This document shows positions 10,210-19,329 of a DNA stretch of 64,000 nucleotides, one piece after another. The notes under the pieces are model-generated. The model saw only the letters and a list, made by a program, of their open reading frames with translations, made no database searches and had not been told where the DNA came from. Positions within the stretch are counted from its first letter, which is position 1, and every line of letters starts with the position of its first letter. Source of the DNA: Tepidisphaera sp. (GTDB taxonomy: Bacteria; Planctomycetota; Phycisphaerae; Phycisphaerales; UBA1924); the NCBI GenBank assembly GCA_050916045.1, contig CP051526.1:2656001-2720000 (forward strand), read 5' to 3'. The position numbers were made by a program, and so were the translations under genes.

Positions 10210-10572
10210 TTACTTGGTGAAGCTCTTCATGGCCGAGTCGATCGTGTCGTGGATCGAGAACAGCTTGTTAAGGCGGGTGATCACGAACACCTCGTGGATC
10301 TGCGGGTCGATGTTGCAGAGGCGGAGCTGCCCCTGCTTGGCCCGGACCTTGTTGATGATGGTGATCAGCGTGCCCAGAGCGGCCGACGACAGGTGGTCGA
10401 CGTTGGAAAAGCTGATGAGGAGCTTGGGCGCGGGTTCGGCTTCGACCAGCGTGGAGATTTCCTCGCCGATCATCTGGATGTTGGCTTCATCCAGGATGTT
10501 GCGGTCGATGAATTCGACCTGGGTTACGTTGTCGACCCGTTTCACCCGCAGTCGGGAGTTGCTCGCGGCCAT
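10210..10572 (-). CDS. STAS domain anti-sigma factor antagonist
   Basis: ISFSNVDHLSSAALG (phospho-Ser motif), LRLCNI..EVFVITRL. Confidence 0.92.
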   Translation of the reverse strand: MAASNSRLRVKRVDNVTQVEFIDRNILDEANIQMIGEEISTLVEAEPAPKLLISFSNVDHLSSAALGTLITIINKVRAKQGQLRLCNIDPQIHEVFVITRLNKLFSIHDTIDSAMKSFTK

Positions 10573-10700
10573 TGCATTCTCCGTCCCGGTCTACCCCGGG
10601 GCCATGTCTCGGTTGCGCGACCTCGCGCCTGACCGGCCAAGCATAGCCCGCAGAGACGCCCGGGACGGGCGGAAAGTGCGCCGCCAGCGGCCCCGCCCGA

Positions 10701-11741
10701 TCAGCGGTCGGGGGCGGACGCGAGTTCGCTCTTGAGCGAGGACGCATCCTTGTGGCCCAGGACGGCGGCCTGATCGGCCAGGCGCTTCGCGTCCTCGATC
10801 CGGCCCGCCTTTCTCGCGGCGAGCGCGGCTTCGTACGAGATGGTCGGATCGGTGGGAGCGGCGTCGGCGGCCCGGATCCACCAGTTTGCGGCTTCATCGG
10901 GCTTGCCCATGAGGCCAAAGCTCTCGGAAGCCAGGCGAACGACGGGGAGTGAGACAAGCTGGGAGGGGTCGAGGCCGCCCAAGACGTTCACGGCGTCCTG
11001 GGCCCGGCCGAGACGGTTGAGGGCCCGGGCTTCGATCAGCCGCCACGCCGCCCGCTTGGGGTCAAGATCGCGGGCTTTGGCGATGTACTGCAAGCCGAGC
11101 TGCGGGCGGTTCTGGCGCATCTGGTTGTCGGCCATCGCGGCCCAGGTGCCAGCGTTGTTGGGGTCGAGGTTGGAAGCTTTGGTCAGCTCCATAAAGGAGT
11201 CTTCGGGCTGATTCTTGCGGCTGTAGATCTCGGCGAGGCCGATGTGGAACTCGGAGGTGCGAGGGTCGGCGCCGATGGCGGCGACGAAGTGCTCCTCGGC
11301 CCGGTCGAGGTCGTTGAGAAGCAGAGCGGCCGAGCCGGCGGCGTACTGCACCGGGCCGGTCTTGGGCCCGACCTCGACGGCCATGGCGAAGGCTTTGTAC
11401 GCACCTTCGGCATCGCGGCCGGAGCGGAGCTGGCCGAGGGCGAGGTAGAGGTCCTGCGTTTTGGGATGATCGCGGAGGGCGTTCTCGATGATCGTCTCGG
11501 CCTGGGCGAACTGGCCCTCTTGAGCTTTGGTAACCGCGGCGGTCATGATCGCTTCGATCTCGGCCGGGGTCAGGGGCTTGGGCTGGCTCGAGATGGGCTC
11601 GGGCGTGGCGTCGGCGGTCTTGACCGGCTCGGGCCGGGGCCAGAACGCCCAGGTGAGGGCGCCGACGCTCACGGCGGCCAAACCGAGCATGACGATCGTC
11701 GAGACCCGCACCGCGCCGCGATTCCTCTGCCACTTTCGCAT
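10701..11741 (-). CDS. Membrane-anchored TPR protein
   Basis: N-terminal TM then 34-aa helical repeats with A..A...DP pattern; start uncertain. Confidence 0.8.
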   Translation of the reverse strand: MRKWQRNRGAVRVSTIVMLGLAAVSVGALTWAFWPRPEPVKTADATPEPISSQPKPLTPAEIEAIMTAAVTKAQEGQFAQAETIIENALRDHPKTQDLYLALGQLRSGRDAEGAYKAFAMAVEVGPKTGPVQYAAGSAALLLNDLDRAEEHFVAAIGADPRTSEFHIGLAEIYSRKNQPEDSFMELTKASNLDPNNAGTWAAMADNQMRQNRPQLGLQYIAKARDLDPKRAAWRLIEARALNRLGRAQDAVNVLGGLDPSQLVSLPVVRLASESFGLMGKPDEAANWWIRAADAAPTDPTISYEAALAARKAGRIEDAKRLADQAAVLGHKDASSLKSELASAPDR

Positions 11742-11819
11742 GCATGCCTTTCGCACCGCTCCGGAGAGCCGTGCCACCGAAGACCTGCCGAGATCCGGCC
11801 CCCGCCCTGCCCGAATCCA

Positions 11820-11835
11820 TACCATCCGGCCTATG
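11820..11835 (+). promoter_or_regulatory. Putative -10 element directly before valS start (leaderless-type)
   Basis: TACCAT, 7 nt, ATG; no SD. Confidence 0.5.
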
Positions 11836-14800
11836 TCCAACAACGCCGAACTTCCCAAAGCCTATCGACCCGCCGAGCACGAAGACCGTATTCGTGGCCG
11901 GTGGATGGACGCCCGCGCCTTCTCGGCCGATCCCCAGCGCGTGTTATCAGGCCAAGCCAAGCCCTTTTCGATCCTGATCCCGCCCCCGAACGTCACCGCT
12001 CGGCTTCACCTCGGGCACGCCCTCAATAACACGCTTCAGGACGTTCTGACCCGTGCCCACCGGATGATGGGGTTCGAAGCGATGTGGATGCCGGGGACGG
12101 ACCACGCGGGGATCGCGACGCAGGCCGTCGTGGAACGCCGGTTGCGCGAGGAGGGGACGCTCAAGGGACCGCTCAAGGATGCGTTCTCACGCGAGGATTT
12201 TGTCGCGAAGGTGCAAGCGTGGAAGGACGACTACGAGAAGCAGATCACGGATCAGCTCAAGCTCATGGGCTGCTCGTGCGACTTTGACCGCCAGCGGTTC
12301 ACGATGGACGACATCTGCGCCAAAGCGGTGCGGGAAGCGTTCTTCCGGTTGTTCAAGGATGGGCTGATCTATCGCGGCAAGCGGCTTGTGAACTGGGACC
12401 CGCAGCTTCAGACGGCGGTGGCGGATGACGAGTGCTTTGAGGACGAGATTGACACGAGCTTCTGGTACCTGCGGTATCCGCTCGTCAAGGTGCCGAGCGG
12501 ACAGGATGCGATGCCGGTGACGTGGGACGAACTCGCGACGCGCGGCTATCCCGGAGCCAATGAGCACCCCGGCGATCAGCAAGCGTGGGTGACGGTCGCG
12601 ACGACGCGGCCGGAGACGTATCTCGCCGATACGGCGGTGGCGGTGAACCCGCACGATCCGCGGGCGAACGCGCTGCGCGGCTTGTCGGTGGAGTTGCCGC
12701 TGATGGGCCGCGTGATCCCGATCGTGGAAGACGCGTACGTGGTGCTTCCGGAAGCCCTCGCCCGCAACGAGGAAGAGAAGAACGACCCGAAAGCCAAGTA
12801 CGCGACGGGGTTCCTGAAGGTGACGCCCGGGCACGACAAGAACGACTATGAGCTTGGCCTCAGGCACAACCTCGCGATCATCAACATGATGTCGCCGGAT
12901 GGCCGCGTGTCGGACAAGCACGGGTGGACGGATGTGGGCTCGGCCCACCTGTTCGTCGGCCTCACCATGGCCGAAGCCCGCAAGAAGGTCGTGGCGGAGT
13001 TCAAGTCCCACGGGCTCATGGAAGCGATCAAGCCGTACCGGCAGGCGATCACCGTCAGCGACCGGAGCAAAGCTCAGGTCGAGCCGTACCTCTCGGACCA
13101 GTGGTATGTCCGCGTGACGGACCCGCGGATGGCGGCGACCGCGAACGCGGCACTGGTCGAAGATCAGCGGTCTCATCAGAGCCCGCAGCGCAAGCAAGGG
13201 GGAACTGGAGAGGGCGCCCCCACCGCGGCGTCGACCCCTGCGCCCGCGTCGAACGCACCCCGCGTTTCGAACGCCCACGGTGACGCCACCCTCGCTGGCG
13301 CGTCGGGCTCTGAAGGAAGCGGCGACGGGAGCATGCGGTTCTTCCCGGCGCGGTACGCCAAGACCTTCGAGCACTGGCACGACAACATCCGCGACTGGTG
13401 CATCTCACGCCAACTCTGGTGGGGGCATCGGATTCCAGTGTGGACGCTGAAGCCGGGACCCAGGCTCGATTTCTTCAAGGACAAGGGCTCGCTTCACCCC
13501 GATCGCGCGAAGTTGACTGAAGCCGTGGGGGAAGCGATTCGACTCGGCCGTGCTGCTTACAGGCCGACAGCGTCAATCTCTGCGGAAGGCACCGGCAATG
13601 AAACAACCAAGCTCGAATACGATCTGACTTCGTTCAGTCAGCCGCATCACATGGCCATCCGCGATCCAGAAGGCCAGGACAGGTCTCTCGTATCCACTCT
13701 TGTCGAGTTCGGTTACGAGCGCGACCCCGACGTCCTCGACACCTGGTTCTCCTCGGCCCTCTGGCCGCTTTCGACCATGGGCTGGCCCGAGCCGGAGCAG
13801 GCGGCGACCGCCGGCCTGCTGAAAGCGTACAACCCGACGTCGGTGCTTTGCACCGCTCGCGAGATCATCACGCTTTGGGTGTCGCGGATGACGATGTTCA
13901 ATCGGTACTTCACCGCCTCCCCCGGCCCCGCCGGGGGAGGAGTGATCCCCTTCAAGCACGTCTACATCCACGCGGTCGTGCAGGATGGCGAGGGGCAGAA
14001 GATGTCCAAGTCGCTGGGGAACGGTGTGGATCCGCTCGACATCATCGAGACGCACGGGTCGGACGCGATGCGGTTCGCGCTGGCTCAGCTCGCGACGCAG
14101 ACGCAGGATGTCCGCTTGCCGGTGGACATTCTCGACCCGCACACGGGCGAAGCGTTCACGGCGAAGATGGTCCAGCACGGGACGGCACGCGTGGCGGCGC
14201 CGATCCAGGAGTACAAGGGCAAGAAAATGGTGTCGAGCTTCGGGCTGGCTTCGGGCCAAGCCAAGCCGACGCCGGAGATGCCGCTCGCAAGGAACACCTC
14301 GTCGCGGTTTGATTTCGGCCGCAACTTCGCGAACAAGATGTGGAACGCGAGCCGGTTCACGCTCGCGATCCTGGACAAAGCCAAGGAAGAGCAAGCGACC
14401 AAGCCCGCCGGCGCGGGGACGATGACGCTTCCCGACCGCTGGATCCTCTCGCGGCTGGCGACGGCGACGCGCGAGATTTCGGATGCCATCGCGAACTACG
14501 AGTTCGCGAGTTACGCCCAGACGCTGTACCGGTTCATCTGGGATGACTTCTGCGACTGGTACCTCGAGTCCATCAAGCAGACGGTGGGCGAGAACCCCAA
14601 GCAGCAAGCGACGCTCGCGACGGCTCTCCGCGGAGCGATCACCCTCGCCCATCCGATCATGCCGTTCATCACGGAGGTGATCTGGGAGCAGCTCGCGAGC
14701 CGGCTCGCATCGCTTCCGGCCGTGGAGGGCGTGAAGTTCCACGCCTCGCGGAAGGGGGACCTCCTCTGCACCGCCGGGTGGCCGGAGGTCGCGCCGGGGA

Positions 14801-15288
14801 CGGAGGATGCGTCGATCAACCAAGCGTTCGAGCGGCTGAAGGGGCTGATCACGGCGATCCGCGAGGTGCGGGCGCAGCATCAGGTGGTGCCCAAGCGGCG
14901 GATCACGCTTCATGTGCCGGCATCGCACGCATCCGGGTGGGCGGACCACGCGATGCTCATCCAGACGCTCGGGGGCGTCGAAAAGATCGAGACGGCGGCG
15001 GCGGGAGCTCCGGCCGATCACGGTAGGGTGAAGTTCGCATTCGAGGGGGCCGAATACGCCGTCTCGAACCTCGCCGACGCCGTGGACGTAGGGACGGAGC
15101 GGGCCCGTTTGACGAAACTGATCGCCGACAAGGAGAAGTCGATCGCGACGATGCAAGCCCGCTTGGCCAACCCCGGCTACGCCGCGAAGGCCCCCCCGCA
15201 TATGGTCAAGCAGACGCAGGACCAGATCGCCAAGGATCAAGCCGACGTCGACGCCGCGAAAGCGACGCTCGCTTCCCTCCCCGCCTGA
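11833..15288 (+). CDS. valS: Valine--tRNA ligase with several insertions
   Basis: PPPNVTARLHLGH (HIGH), GTDHAGIATQ, WCISRQLWWGHRIP, DVLDTWFSS, KMSKS, C-terminal coiled coil; start trimmed to ATG 11833. Confidence 0.98.
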   Translation: MSNNAELPKAYRPAEHEDRIRGRWMDARAFSADPQRVLSGQAKPFSILIPPPNVTARLHLGHALNNTLQDVLTRAHRMMGFEAMWMPGTDHAGIATQAVVERRLREEGTLKGPLKDAFSREDFVAKVQAWKDDYEKQITDQLKLMGCSCDFDRQRFTMDDICAKAVREAFFRLFKDGLIYRGKRLVNWDPQLQTAVADDECFEDEIDTSFWYLRYPLVKVPSGQDAMPVTWDELATRGYPGANEHPGDQQAWVTVATTRPETYLADTAVAVNPHDPRANALRGLSVELPLMGRVIPIVEDAYVVLPEALARNEEEKNDPKAKYATGFLKVTPGHDKNDYELGLRHNLAIINMMSPDGRVSDKHGWTDVGSAHLFVGLTMAEARKKVVAEFKSHGLMEAIKPYRQAITVSDRSKAQVEPYLSDQWYVRVTDPRMAATANAALVEDQRSHQSPQRKQGGTGEGAPTAASTPAPASNAPRVSNAHGDATLAGASGSEGSGDGSMRFFPARYAKTFEHWHDNIRDWCISRQLWWGHRIPVWTLKPGPRLDFFKDKGSLHPDRAKLTEAVGEAIRLGRAAYRPTASISAEGTGNETTKLEYDLTSFSQPHHMAIRDPEGQDRSLVSTLVEFGYERDPDVLDTWFSSALWPLSTMGWPEPEQAATAGLLKAYNPTSVLCTAREIITLWVSRMTMFNRYFTASPGPAGGGVIPFKHVYIHAVVQDGEGQKMSKSLGNGVDPLDIIETHGSDAMRFALAQLATQTQDVRLPVDILDPHTGEAFTAKMVQHGTARVAAPIQEYKGKKMVSSFGLASGQAKPTPEMPLARNTSSRFDFGRNFANKMWNASRFTLAILDKAKEEQATKPAGAGTMTLPDRWILSRLATATREISDAIANYEFASYAQTLYRFIWDDFCDWYLESIKQTVGENPKQQATLATALRGAITLAHPIMPFITEVIWEQLASRLASLPAVEGVKFHASRKGDLLCTAGWPEVAPGTEDASINQAFERLKGLITAIREVRAQHQVVPKRRITLHVPASHASGWADHAMLIQTLGGVEKIETAAAGAPADHGRVKFAFEGAEYAVSNLADAVDVGTERARLTKLIADKEKSIATMQARLANPGYAAKAPPHMVKQTQDQIAKDQADVDAAKATLASLPA
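13176..13313. repeat. REP-like inverted pair (REPIN-like) inside valS
   Basis: TCAGAGCCCGCAGCGCAAGCAAGGG (13176-13200) vs reverse complement of 13289-13313 TCAGAGCCCGACGCGCCAGCGAGGG, 21/25 identical; span 138 bp. Confidence 0.75.
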
Positions 15289-15296
15289 AGCATGTG

Positions 15297-16421
15297 ATGC
15301 ACGGACACGGACCAACCCCCCACAGCCTCCCGCGTGCGCTTGCCGCGGCCGGGGCCGTCGCTCTGTGGTGCGTGGTCGCATCGTGCGGCACGTCGTCGGC
15401 ACCTTCGCCGCAAGGGGGAGGAGCGGATGCCGGTGAGAGCGGACCCGTTTCGGGCACGTCGCCCGGTGCGGTCGCTTCGACGATCGATTTCAAAGCGACC
15501 GAAGCCCCGTGGATGTTCGAGACGACGCCGGGTCGGCTGATCAAGACGCCGTCGTACGAGCTTTACACGACGCTTCCGAAGGGACCTCTTGCGGACCGGA
15601 TGCCGGGGTTCCTTGAGCGAGCGCTGTTCCATTACACGTCGGAGATCGCGGACCTGCCCAAGCCGAAGGTGCCGCTTGAGACGTACCTGTTCGCGACGCG
15701 GCCGCAGTGGAACCGGCTGACGCAGCGGCTTTTGGGCGAGGATGCGGGGCCGTTTCTTCGGATCGATCGGGGCGGGTTCAGCCACCGTGGCCGCGGGGTG
15801 TTTTACGATCTGGGTCCGATCAACGACACGCTGACGATCGCTGCGCACGAGGGGTGGCATCAGTACATCCAGACGACGTTCCGCGACCCCCTGCCGATCT
15901 GGCTTGACGAGGGCGTGGCGACGTACATGGAGGGGTTCAGGCCGAGCCCGGAGGATCCGAACCTGCCGGTGTTCATGCCTTGGGCGAATCTTGAGCGTTA
16001 CGAGACGCTTCGGTTTTCGGTGGGTCGCCGCCGAGCCATGCCGCTTGAGGAACTGCTCCGGACGTCGCCGCAGGCGCTGCTTGAGAAGGACGACTGGGCG
16101 CCGCTTCGGTATTACGCGCAGGTGTGGGCTCTGATCCACTTCCTGCGTGAGGGAGAGGGCGGGATCTACGAGAAAGCTCTGTCGTCGATGCTGACGGATG
16201 CGGCGATGGGCCGTGCGGTGCGTGTGGTCGAGGAGCGGCTGGGCCGCTCGGCGGCGGATGCGTACCGGTTGCGGCGCGACGGCCTCATTCTTTTCACGGC
16301 GTATGTGAATCCGGACATCGCGCTCGCGGATGCGCAGTTCAAGAAGTTCACCGAGCTTCTGCTTCAGCGCGGCGTGCGGACGAAAGTCAGCCAGGGTCAG
16401 TCTCCGATCCTGACGCCGTAG
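15297..16421 (+). CDS. DUF1570-like zinc metallopeptidase-like protein, probable lipoprotein
   Basis: HEGWHQ (HExxH) followed by PIWLDEGVATYME; YYAQVWALIHFL; VASC lipobox-like. Confidence 0.75.
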   Translation: MHGHGPTPHSLPRALAAAGAVALWCVVASCGTSSAPSPQGGGADAGESGPVSGTSPGAVASTIDFKATEAPWMFETTPGRLIKTPSYELYTTLPKGPLADRMPGFLERALFHYTSEIADLPKPKVPLETYLFATRPQWNRLTQRLLGEDAGPFLRIDRGGFSHRGRGVFYDLGPINDTLTIAAHEGWHQYIQTTFRDPLPIWLDEGVATYMEGFRPSPEDPNLPVFMPWANLERYETLRFSVGRRRAMPLEELLRTSPQALLEKDDWAPLRYYAQVWALIHFLREGEGGIYEKALSSMLTDAAMGRAVRVVEERLGRSAADAYRLRRDGLILFTAYVNPDIALADAQFKKFTELLLQRGVRTKVSQGQSPILTP

Positions 16422-16438
16422 TACCACCGAAAGCCACC

Positions 16439-17029
16439 ATGACGCCTGACAAGCCCACGCTCTCGCCCGCCGATGTTCTGCTCAAGGGAGCCTGGGTCGA
16501 GGATGAGAGCGGCGTGCGGAGCGATGCGGTCTGCGAGCGGATCAAAGCGATTCTGCCGTCGCTGCGGCGGCGGGCCGTCTCGCCCGACGGAGACTGCACG
16601 CTTCTGCAGGATCTGGCCGACGGACGCTACTGGGAGCACAGCTACCCGCAAAGCGAGGGTCACGGGGGCGGAGCGCCGCAGTTGGAGCACGTGTCGGGCT
16701 ACTACGCGCGATCCAAGTACGAGCTGGAATCCCGGGACGATCGGCACGCCGCTGCGTTCAACGCGCTTTGCGCATCGGTCGAACGCACGTGCGTCGAGCT
16801 CATCAGCGCGGGGGACGCAGCCTTGGCGAAAGCTCTTGAGCGGCCGCTTCGCCATGTCGAATGGGCATCGCTGGATGAACTGATCAAGGAACTCAACCGG
16901 CAGGTCGAGGGTGCGCTGCTCCGCGAGAACAGCGCTCATTTGCGGTGGGTGCTGACGAATCTGAGCCTCGGCCTCGCGCGTTTCACTTCGCCCGCTTCTC
17001 CAGGGCTTCCAGGGTCTCGCGAACCGTGA
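16439..17029 (+). CDS. Imm27-like immunity protein with C-terminal extension
   Basis: L.G.W...D.VCERI...DGRYWEHSYPQSEGHGGGAPQL resembles Imm27 consensus as I recall it. Confidence 0.65.
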   Translation: MTPDKPTLSPADVLLKGAWVEDESGVRSDAVCERIKAILPSLRRRAVSPDGDCTLLQDLADGRYWEHSYPQSEGHGGGAPQLEHVSGYYARSKYELESRDDRHAAAFNALCASVERTCVELISAGDAALAKALERPLRHVEWASLDELIKELNRQVEGALLRENSAHLRWVLTNLSLGLARFTSPASPGLPGSREP

Positions 17030-18908
17030 TGAGCGCGAGGGCGGAGGCTTCCCCGGGCATTTTGGGGTCCCAGGGCGAGATCCTGACGCCCCATCGGGCT
17101 TTCGCGGGTTCGCGGCACATCGTGAGCGTCCAATCGTCGGCGCAGAGCTGTCGCGCGAACCTCAAGCAGGGCATGAGTCGGACCAGCTCGCGCTCGAAAT
17201 CCGCTTTGGGCGTGATCCCTTCATCGCCGAGCATCATCGCCAGGCCCGCGATGATGCGGAGGGACTGAGCCGTGGGAAGCGGCGGCCGCGACCCCGGGAA
17301 GACGACGCCGCCGATGAGATCCGTGCCGTCCTCGCCCGCATCAACCGCGGTCACGACGAAGCCGTAGGCCTTCTCGCGCAGGGCGCGGAGGGGCATGATC
17401 GCTTCGGGACGCACTTTGCCCCCGCCGAGCACACGTTCGGCCGCGATCAGCCAGGGCGAATGCGAGGCAAGGTCCATCATCACGCCCCGCTCGTCGGGCG
17501 TGTACATCGAATCGGCGATCTTCTTCGCCAGGTCGCGGTTGGGAACGGTGGTCGAGAGAGCCCACACCAGCATCCCCGCTTCATCGAGCGCGGCGTCGGA
17601 CTTGACCGCGGCGAGACAGGAATCCACGGCACGCGGCGCTCCGCCTTCCTTGGCTTTCGCCCAGTCGATCCCCGCCTCGGCGGCGAGGCTTGTCGCGATC
17701 ACGGCGAGCATCGCGGACCGCGGGTCCTTCGTCGGATCGGGCTTGGCGTCCTTGGAGAACATGCCGGCAAGGATCCGCTCCGCGGCGTCGCGTGAAGCCT
17801 GGTCGCGTTTGTCGAAGGCGCCCCACGACGAGAGCGCTGCCGCGACGAGAGCCTGTTCGGAAGCGGGCGCGACGTCCGGCTCATGGCGGCCCCGCACGGG
17901 GCTGTAAAGGCCGCGAAGGCCGAGAAACGGCGACTCCTGCTCGACGCGGAGGCGAGAAGCAAGGTGCAGCGCGATGCCCCGGCCCATCTCGCGGAGATTG
18001 GCTTGCGAAACCTCGAGAAGGGGGAAGGCCCGTCCTCCGCGGACAAGGAAGCTGCCCGGGTCGGAGGGTGACATCTGCCCGATCTGCACCACCGCGAACT
18101 TGAAGAACGAAACACCGTCGCGGGCGGAGACCTTCTCCGGCTGGGCTTCGGGGTCGACACGCAGACCCTTGGCCGGGTCGCCGAGGATCTCGCCGGTCAA
18201 CGTCGCCAGAGCCTGCCCGGGGAGCGTGCCCGTCGCGAGCATCGAGAGCGGGAAGGTGTGCCGCGTCGTCTTCGCGTTGCGAGCGGCGAGGCCGAAGACG
18301 CCGGGCGAGACCGCTTCGTCAACCTCGTCGAAGGTCCGCTCGCGGAGGGGCACCAGCGTGCCCGCGAGTTCGAGCGTGATGGTCATCTGCGTCGCCAGTT
18401 CGCGTCGGCGGGCGTCGGCGAGCGCATCATCGGCGACGGGAAGGCTCCGGGCCGCGTCCGCGATGGCTTCGCGAGCCGCTCGCCAGACGGTGCCCGCATC
18501 GCCGCCGGAATCAACGCCCGTGCCGATCGCTTCGCCAAGAAGCCGCAGGGTGACGCTCGCGGCCGGGACCGCGATGAGCCCCTCGGGCGCGGTTTCCGGA
18601 GCTTTCATCGCGAGCACCCATTCGCGGACGTTGGTAAACGCCGCGATGGACGCGGAAGCGTCGGGGACCGTCGCCGCCGGCGTGACCGCGGGCGCAACCG
18701 CAGGCTGCCCGTTCGCGGGTGAACTGAACCCGATCCCCAACGCGACGGCGATCCCCAGAATCACCGCTGTGGTGTGGGCGCGACACGGGGTGATGCACGC
18801 ACGCAACAGATCGCTTCCGGCGGCACGAGAGCCGATGACCGGCCGGGGCGTAGGTCCGACAAAAACGCCATCGGCGAGGGCACGACCGCGGAGAAGCAGG
18901 GTTGCCAT
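16983..18908 (-). CDS. Exported protein with N-terminal AMMECR1-like domain and helical C-terminal region
   Basis: ASVTLRLLGEAIG..ITLELAG..PGVFGLAAR motif order; signal-like VILGIAVALGIGFSSPANG; start uncertain. Confidence 0.55.
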   Translation of the reverse strand: MATLLLRGRALADGVFVGPTPRPVIGSRAAGSDLLRACITPCRAHTTAVILGIAVALGIGFSSPANGQPAVAPAVTPAATVPDASASIAAFTNVREWVLAMKAPETAPEGLIAVPAASVTLRLLGEAIGTGVDSGGDAGTVWRAAREAIADAARSLPVADDALADARRRELATQMTITLELAGTLVPLRERTFDEVDEAVSPGVFGLAARNAKTTRHTFPLSMLATGTLPGQALATLTGEILGDPAKGLRVDPEAQPEKVSARDGVSFFKFAVVQIGQMSPSDPGSFLVRGGRAFPLLEVSQANLREMGRGIALHLASRLRVEQESPFLGLRGLYSPVRGRHEPDVAPASEQALVAAALSSWGAFDKRDQASRDAAERILAGMFSKDAKPDPTKDPRSAMLAVIATSLAAEAGIDWAKAKEGGAPRAVDSCLAAVKSDAALDEAGMLVWALSTTVPNRDLAKKIADSMYTPDERGVMMDLASHSPWLIAAERVLGGGKVRPEAIMPLRALREKAYGFVVTAVDAGEDGTDLIGGVVFPGSRPPLPTAQSLRIIAGLAMMLGDEGITPKADFERELVRLMPCLRFARQLCADDWTLTMCREPAKARWGVRISPWDPKMPGEASALALITVRETLEALEKRAK

Positions 18909-19329
18909 CGATTGGCACGCCCGTTGAATCATCTTCCAGCACAACCCAAGACCTGGAGAGCCCGCCATGCTGAGCCTGATCGAAATGACCGAAAGCCGCC
19001 GCCGAATCGCCATCCTCTGCCTCCTCAGCTTCGTCGCTCTCTGCTAGTCATTCGCGGCACCCCCAGACCGCCTCCAAGCCCGTCAGCCGCCCGACCTTAC
19101 GCCAGCCGATCCGGTACGCGGCACGAATTCGTGCTGTTCCATAGCCGGACCTCACTCCGAAAATCGACCGCCATCTTGCGTCAGCCGGTTCGAACGTGGC
19201 ACACGTTCGTGTCGCACGTTTTCGGGAGGATCTTAGTGGGTTCCTTTGGGTGAATCGATTGCGTCGCTCGCCGGGTCATGGTAACGTGCGGCCCCATCGG
19301 ACCGCGTCGGTCCGACCAGGAGCAAACGC

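Noticed and set aside
11527..11832. N-terminal extensions given by the ORF track (valS, rpsA, apbE, 1563-start, 58299-start, 36944-38341)
   Set aside because: They overlap neighbouring genes and precede the recognisable N-termini; starts were trimmed.
13176..13720. Intein or intron in valS
   Set aside because: No C/S..HN intein termini or homing endonuclease motifs, and the frame stays open.
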